Source: Tubiluchus corallicola (taxonomy: Eukaryota; Animalia; Priapulida). Taken from it: a DNA stretch of 42,432 bases. The stretch is taken from assembly GCA_030141605.1 (NCBI GenBank), contig JAQGDQ010001404.1:1-42432 (forward strand), written 5' to 3'. The notes under the pieces were generated by a model, which was not told where the DNA came from, searched no databases, and saw nothing but the letters and a program-made list of their open reading frames with translations. Below are positions 36,330 to 42,432 of this stretch, piece by piece (within the stretch, counting starts at the first letter, position 1; every line of letters begins with the position of its first letter). The position numbers were made by a program, and so were the translations under genes.

Positions 36330-36470
36330 TCACGGTAGATTTTCGAAGATTTTTAACATTTGCCAGAATTTTTTTGTCAGAACTCCTTCATAGAAAACAA
36401 ATTTCACAGAAAGTGTAATAAAATATCCTCTGTAAAGCGTAGCTACATAATGTCGAATAATAAGTTGTTT
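36330..36470 (+). repeat. Dispersed repeat of about 140 bp, copy B
   Basis: Direct-orientation match to 31220-31360. Confidence 0.85.
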
Positions 36471-38292
36471 TAAGAACGCGTCCGCGAGAAGACCATGCAA
36501 AATCGAAAAATTCCGACAAGGTTAGGTAAACCGATTCAGACCAAAGTTCGGGTATGAGGTCCACTGGTCACTAGTATTCACTATGTGAATCCGTTTGGCC
36601 CAACTCCTCATAGTAGCACAGGTACGGCATAGGCCGATTTTCATGAAAAAATACCTTTTTTTCTCTATTTTTTACTCATATTTGAAGGATTAGCCATGCG
36701 GCAACCACTGAGTTTGAATAGATCTGACTCTGCACAGTATTGGATCTTGTTATCTTCTCCAAAATGACTTTTCGACTTTTGTCCCAAACCCCCCCTCTTT
36801 CGGCTCTACGGGGGGTCTTTAAGCTCACATTACGTGCAAGATGCAAATACTCATTCATTTCAAAGTCTTATATCTCACCCACTGCGGGGGCGGGAACAAA
36901 AATATCGATATGTATGTGAATAGAGCATCCCATTCCACTATGTTGCAGTGACAATTTCGATGGAGCGAATTTCCACCTTATTGTAAAAGACCCCTGAAAG
37001 AGGCATATATCAGGGTGAAAATATAGGTAACAACGTTCATCAAAAAGCTTCGTGTAGGTAAACATGAGCTGCCAAATCTTGTCAAAATACTTCAAAACAT
37101 CATAAATATTCATCTTTGGCAACTAGTGGCCTGGCCAGCACATTGGTTAAACTACCGACAGGATTGGACTCCATCATTCAAGATGGCGGCCGCTGCTGAA
37201 CTAAAATGTTTGTTTTCTGGGCTGTTTACCAGCGTTAAACGCGGTATTCTGACTAGTTATCCGCACGAAACGAGTATTGTGAATCTATTAACCTGTACTA
37301 AAGACACTGGACCGCATTTAGAGCGCTTCCAATGTTAAAAAATGAAATATCTACGGAATAGAAATTGCTTCTTGCAAGGACTGGAAAATGTTTTATGTAC
37401 TGTTTATTTTCTATGCTTTGTAAATGTTATGTACAGGTTATTACCTAGTTATTACTCATTGTCTTACATAGGCGTACAAGCCAGGACACAATGAAAATTG
37501 CCCTAAATCTGAGCAAATGCCCAAAAAATATGGGACAGACTTGATATCCTTTGTCCGGTGGTTTTTTGACTGTAAAACATCGAAAAATTTTGTGCCATTG
37601 GCGCAATCATTCAATCACACTATTAATATTTTTGTCAGAAGTATCGATTTTGTGCCACAAATAAATTTTGGGCGAAGAAAAATTTTCAGAGCTAAATATC
37701 ACCGCCATCCCCCTAGAAGCGGCCCATACGCTTATATTGTCTCATGTTTAGACTGTAAGATTTTCTCTTTATCACTTTCCCCATGATATATTTGTCTATT
37801 TTTCTGTATCTATCTTCTAGTGATAATCTACCTGCGTCGATAATTCTTTCTCTATTATTTAGATATTATGGTTTTGTTTATTTGTACTACTCTTCAGTGA
37901 TAGGATTATGCTGCTACAATAAGAACAGTATTTTGGACTTAGAGAAATTAATTCTGACTGAGTTTTGTAGTTTTTCATTTTTTTACTGATATTCATGATC
38001 TTCTATGTATAGCCATGAAGCTTATTCATATAAAAAGTATAAAAAATGAACGGATTTCTAATTTTTATGTATATATCAAGTGTTGTCAGATTCTTTCGCT
38101 AGCAATGACTCTCAATCTTAACAATCGGTACTTCTTTTCTATTAGAGGGCTTATTGTTTAGTCTTTCCTGGTATCCATTAGCGATTCAGTGTGTAGAGAA
38201 TGCCCTGAATCAGGGTCGGACTCGGTACTAGGGGCATGCATGATGTCTTGTCCTGAAATCCATCAGAAGAGGCAATTATTCACTTTTCTTTA

Positions 38293-38524
38293 ATGTGTGA
38301 TGTATGTGTAATGTAAGTATGATGTAAGTATGATGTATATGTAATGTAAGTATGATATAAGTATGAACAAAATGTGACGTAAGTGTGATGTATGTGTGAT
38401 GTAAGTATGATGTATGCGTGATGTAAGTATGATGTAAATGTGACGTAAGTGTGATGTATGTGTGATGTAAGTATGATGTTAGTGTGATGTAAATGTGATG
38501 TAAGTGTGATGTATGTGTGATGTA
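38293..38524. repeat. Degenerate 11-bp minisatellite (gtaagtrtgat)
   Basis: Visible directly. Confidence 0.88.
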
Positions 38525-38549
38525 ATAATTCTTTTGAACAAAAATCAAA

Positions 38550-38635
38550 GTTCGTAGCTAAAATTAGTGGGGGTTCGTAGCTAAAATTAGTGGGGGTTCG
38601 TAGCTAAAATTAGTTAGGGTTCATAGTTAAAACTT
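38550..38635. repeat. 23-bp tandem repeat, 3 copies plus a degenerate fourth
   Basis: gttcgtagctaaaattagt at 38550, 38573 and 38596. Confidence 0.9.
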
Positions 38636-38761
38636 GTGGGATGCTACTATTATCATCGTAATCATCACCATCATCATCCTGATTATTGTCATTATGATTA
38701 CGATCAATCAAGTTACTACCAAAGTCATTGTCTTGATCATATCGATTTTGCACCAATTTAA

Positions 38762-38963
38762 AACAATCAACAATGTCATGTGAACAATCAACAATACCAT
38801 GCAAACAATCAACAATGTCATGTGAACAATCAACAATGTCATGTGAACAATCAACAATGTCATGTGAACAATCAACAATGTCATGTGAACAATCAACAAT
38901 GTCATGTGAACAATCAACAATGTCATGTGAACAATCAACAATGTCATGTGAACAATCAACAAT
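38762..38963. repeat. 21-bp minisatellite, about 9.5 copies
   Basis: Unit aacaatcaacaatgtcatgtg. Confidence 0.96.
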
Positions 38964-39025
38964 AACCTTCAACTGAGTCACATTCAATGACGTGTTTAAA
39001 CGACTCAACTCATGGCAACAAAACA

Positions 39026-39170
39026 GATTTAGATTTGATTTAGATTTGTTTATTCATCCATTTAGCACAATATAAAAATAGAAGTTATAAAATTACTAAT
39101 TAACAATGCATTACAGTGCTATGAGCGTAGCAGAAGAGATTAACTTATGAGCTTTGCTCAACTTGGATAA
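39026..39170 (-). mobile_element. Possible LINE/SINE 3' tail remnant
   Basis: The minus strand ends gaataaacaaatctaaatcaaatctaaatc, an AATAAA followed by a short tandem tail as in CR1/L2-type 3' ends. Confidence 0.35.
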
Positions 39171-39244
39171 GACTAAATTAATTATATTAACAACAACTAA
39201 AAAAATACGTTAAATTAAGCGAAGAAAATAGATGCGAAAAAATG

Positions 39245-39330
39245 CTAATGACGATGTTGATGATGACAACGATGGTGATATTAATGCTGATGACAATGGT
39301 GATGGTGATGATAATGATAATGATAATGCG
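39245..39330. repeat. Degenerate (GAT)n microsatellite
   Basis: Visible directly. Confidence 0.8.
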
Positions 39331-40729
39331 CCAGGTTCGATGATATAAACCAAGACAGCCTTTTTTTGCAGTGTTACGAAAATTGTGTTAAAATATTGAA
39401 CTATATAAAAAATATAAAGATTTTCAATTAAAGAAATTATCTAATTAGGCTCATGCGACTCAAGAATTGATTTCTTACATTTACGTTTGACAATGATACT
39501 ACTGTCTTTACTACAGAAACTGAAGCATTAATAAAGGTTTGTGTTGTGGCAAATACAAAAACTTAAAGCACAAGAAAACCCTCAACTTACATGAAGTTAA
39601 AAAATTCGTTTTGAAATTATATACCATTTACTTACTGCCTTTTCGCGTATTAGGCAATAACGTTGTATAAAACATGTAAATTTAAACTCCCGCGATGACC
39701 GTTAGACGCCGCCATTTTCAGGATAAGTCATTTGAAACAAGTTTAGATAACATTGAATAAACTTTGAAAAAATCAGAGCATTCGTAGCGCACACGTCACT
39801 AACAAATAACTTTTAAAATTACTGTATCTTGTCAATAAAGTTAAAAATACGTTTTTTGGTTAGTGAGTGGCGCACCCTGGAGGTAAGAAGCATGCTAAGT
39901 AATATACCTTAGCATCGAAAGTTTTTTGAGACATAGTTTAACATTTCCTTTTCTTCCCCAATTTGAGTTGTATTATATATATATATATATATGACATTAT
40001 ATACAATAGTAAATACATGTATGTATATACTACAAATAATCTAATGTATATAAATTAATGTAAGCATTGTAATTTTACTAAGATTTTTAAATATACCGTA
40101 ATTGCCACATATAAACACCGATCTATATATGTATATAAAAAACTTATAAAACTGTGTTTATATGTTTTGGCAAAATTGGAAAAGTTTATTTAAAATGCAA
40201 ACAAGTGAACGTACCGAAACACGAATAGATAATTTTTCGCATTGTAAAACGAATTGAAAGTAATATCTTACCTTTAACTGTACAAACGTAATAAATTATT
40301 GCATTTTAATAAAAAACTTTTCGCAAGCAGCTTAGCAAATGTTAAGAATCTTGGCTTTGCGGTTGTAGTCATCGTCAATACGCACTGCAGTAACATGGAA
40401 AACGTCACTTACTCTTCGGTTTGTAAATCCAGCTTCTTTTATCACATCCATTCAGTTTTACACCAAAGTGATTTACTGAGTAAGTATTCTGAGGTTGCAT
40501 TAGGTGAATGAACTTCTTGGCCTGGGGTCACAATGCAAGTCGTAACTGTGATAGGACGACAGACAGAATCCATGTTGATGACCTTGCTTTAGGGTGATTC
40601 TTTCTGAACACCTAATGGAATTGCTAAACCGTCCTACATAGTCCTCATTTATAACTCAAAGTCAGCAGCTTTTACTGAATTAAAGTTGTAAGCTTATAAG
40701 CAGAGTATAAAGGATTTTTTCAAGCGAAA

Positions 40730-41290
40730 ATCGTGCAAAATGGAACCTCCAATCAACTCGTCACAGCTCCTCAGGAAGGACGCGTCCAAAAATGCAGCTC
40801 ACATCATCGTGTAGCCCTGTTCTTCTTTCTCTTTCTAAAGAGCTGAACATCTCCTTCCAAGAGTCCCACCAGGCGCCGCTAGAACGTTTTTTCTTCAGGC
40901 AATCTGGCCAAAATTTCGAAAAAATTGGGAGTTGGGACCGGGAAAACGCCCGTAGCGAGCACTGATGGCCCTCTCGTGAAATGTAAATATGACTATTACA
41001 CCCATTGTTGAATGAGATATTCAATCGTTACCAGCACAACCTGCGGCCTGTTCTGCATCTCTAGAAATAAGACGTATAAGTTTTGCAAAAAATAGGCAAA
41101 ATGGCCATTTTTGGAGGTTTTTCGGCCTCCGTTCCTCCCGATGGGCCCGATTCGAAAAATAAACCCCCAGGTGCGAACCCTTGGGTGGAGGCCTTTCATT
41201 TGACTTATAGATCGTCGCGAATGGTGGAGTCGTCGAAGCTGTAGCCTCGTTGGTTATATATATATACCAGCGAAATTAAAATAAAAAGAT
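40730..41290 (-). mobile_element. Possible non-autonomous Helitron-like element
   Basis: GC-richer island. The minus strand starts A|TC, followed by an AT-rich stretch, a short (TA)n and sequence resembling invertebrate non-autonomous Helitrons. No clear hairpin-CTAG 3' end was found. Confidence 0.3.
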
Positions 41291-41432
41291 ATTGAGTAAT
41301 CGAAATCACAGTAAGAAGTTTCACTGTCAAGGGAGGGGGTCTGATTATGTAAGAGATTTCAGTTTCTATACGTGAAAGAGTTCTAGGAATGAAGATGGTG
41401 TTTATCCAGTTCAAACAGTCGCTTCGAGTGTC

Positions 41433-41896
41433 ATTTTCCAATGCTAGAAATGAAGCCATGAGATGAAGCCAACAGTACATTTTCCAATGCTAGAAATGAA
41501 GCCATGAGATGAAGCCAACAGTACATTTTCCAATGCTAGAAATGAAGCCATGAGATGAAGCCAACAGTACATTTTCCAATGCCAGAAATGAAGCCATGAG
41601 ATGAAGCCAACAGTACATTTTCCAATGCTAGAAATGAAGCCATGAGATGAAGCCAACAGTACATTTTCCAATGCTAGAAATGAAGCCATGAGATGAAGCC
41701 AGCAGTACATTTTCCAATGCTAGAATTGAAGCCATGAGATGAAGCCAACAGTACATTTTCCAATGCTAGAAATGAAGCCATGAGATGAAGCCAACAGTAC
41801 ACTTTCCAATGCTAGAAATGAAGCCATGAGATGAAGCCAACAGTACATTTTCCAATGCTAGAAATGAAGCCATGAGATGAAGCCAACAGTACATTT
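41433..41896. repeat. 46-bp minisatellite, 10 copies
   Basis: Unit attttccaatgctagaaatgaagccatgagatgaagccaacagtac. Confidence 0.97.
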
Positions 41897-42031
41897 GTGA
41901 CACTGCAATTACCAAGTCAATTATATAAAATCATTTTACAAATAAAAGAACTTCTCATACATTCCATTCACTAGACTTTTAGTTCAAAAGCAGGAATTAC
42001 ACACACAAAAACAAATGTACACAGTAACACA

Positions 42032-42330
42032 CAAAGACTAAGATGGGTAGGACATTTAATGAGATTGTCAGAAACAACATCAGTAAAGATTAGCATTAAA
42101 CGAGGCACTGAAACTTACTAAACAACCTCCAGGCAAAACCTAGAACAACTTGGACATCAAGAATTAATAAAGATTTACAACAACTGAGACCAAACTTAAC
42201 AATAGAATCACAGGTCTTGAAACTTTTAGCTGCAGACAGGAAACAGTGGAGTGCTCTAATAAAGGATAGAAGTTGCATGTCTACAGTAGATGTTTAGAGT
42301 AACAGAAGATGAACATTTGTACATGCCTTA
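42032..42330 (+). mobile_element. 5'-truncated RTE-clade LINE 3' fragment
   Basis: Frameshifted translation RLRWVGHLMRL...LALNEAL...KPRTTW...INKDL...LAADRKQW, typical of RTE ORF C-termini. Not in the ORF track. Confidence 0.72.
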
Positions 42331-42432
42331 TATATAAGCTGGCTGTGTAACTATTTGTGGCACCTTATATGTTATAAAAGTGCTTATTTGTTATACGACG
42401 ATTATATCAAACCAGGATACATAACTGCTTGT

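Noticed and set aside
36480-37340. Transposon-like non-coding island upstream of CHST
   Set aside because: It looks like non-autonomous element sequence, but I could not define termini or a TSD.
38276-39008. His/Cys-rich repetitive ORFs (DIVDCSH and similar)
   Set aside because: Translations of the 11- and 21-bp minisatellites, open in several frames on both strands.

Overview
AT-rich, repeat-dense eukaryotic DNA, probably from an invertebrate animal, with spliceosomal GT-AG introns and one 385-N assembly gap. Two host genes are recognisable. One is a spliced GT43 beta-1,3-glucuronosyltransferase (B3GAT family, + strand, about 10.75-13.8 kb). The other is a single-exon CHST8-14/HNK-1ST-type carbohydrate sulfotransferase (- strand, 33963-34991), convergent with it. 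Between them lies a defective BEL/Pao LTR retrotransposon, present as two near-identical tail-to-tail copies mirrored around the gap, which may be an assembly artefact. The most striking signal is in the BEL LTR. It contains a 108-nt GT-AG intron, and a precisely spliced LTR copy sits in the genome just upstream. The spliced junction is complementary to the sequence at the primer-binding-site position, where no tRNA-type PBS is visible. This suggests splicing-dependent self-priming or poly(A)-signal occlusion (inference). The BEL Gag starts with a SAP-like domain. A decayed L2/CR1-type LINE at the window start carries an in-frame 2A-like (StopGo) motif. The rest is decayed LINE, RTE and DNA-transposon relics and many minisatellites.
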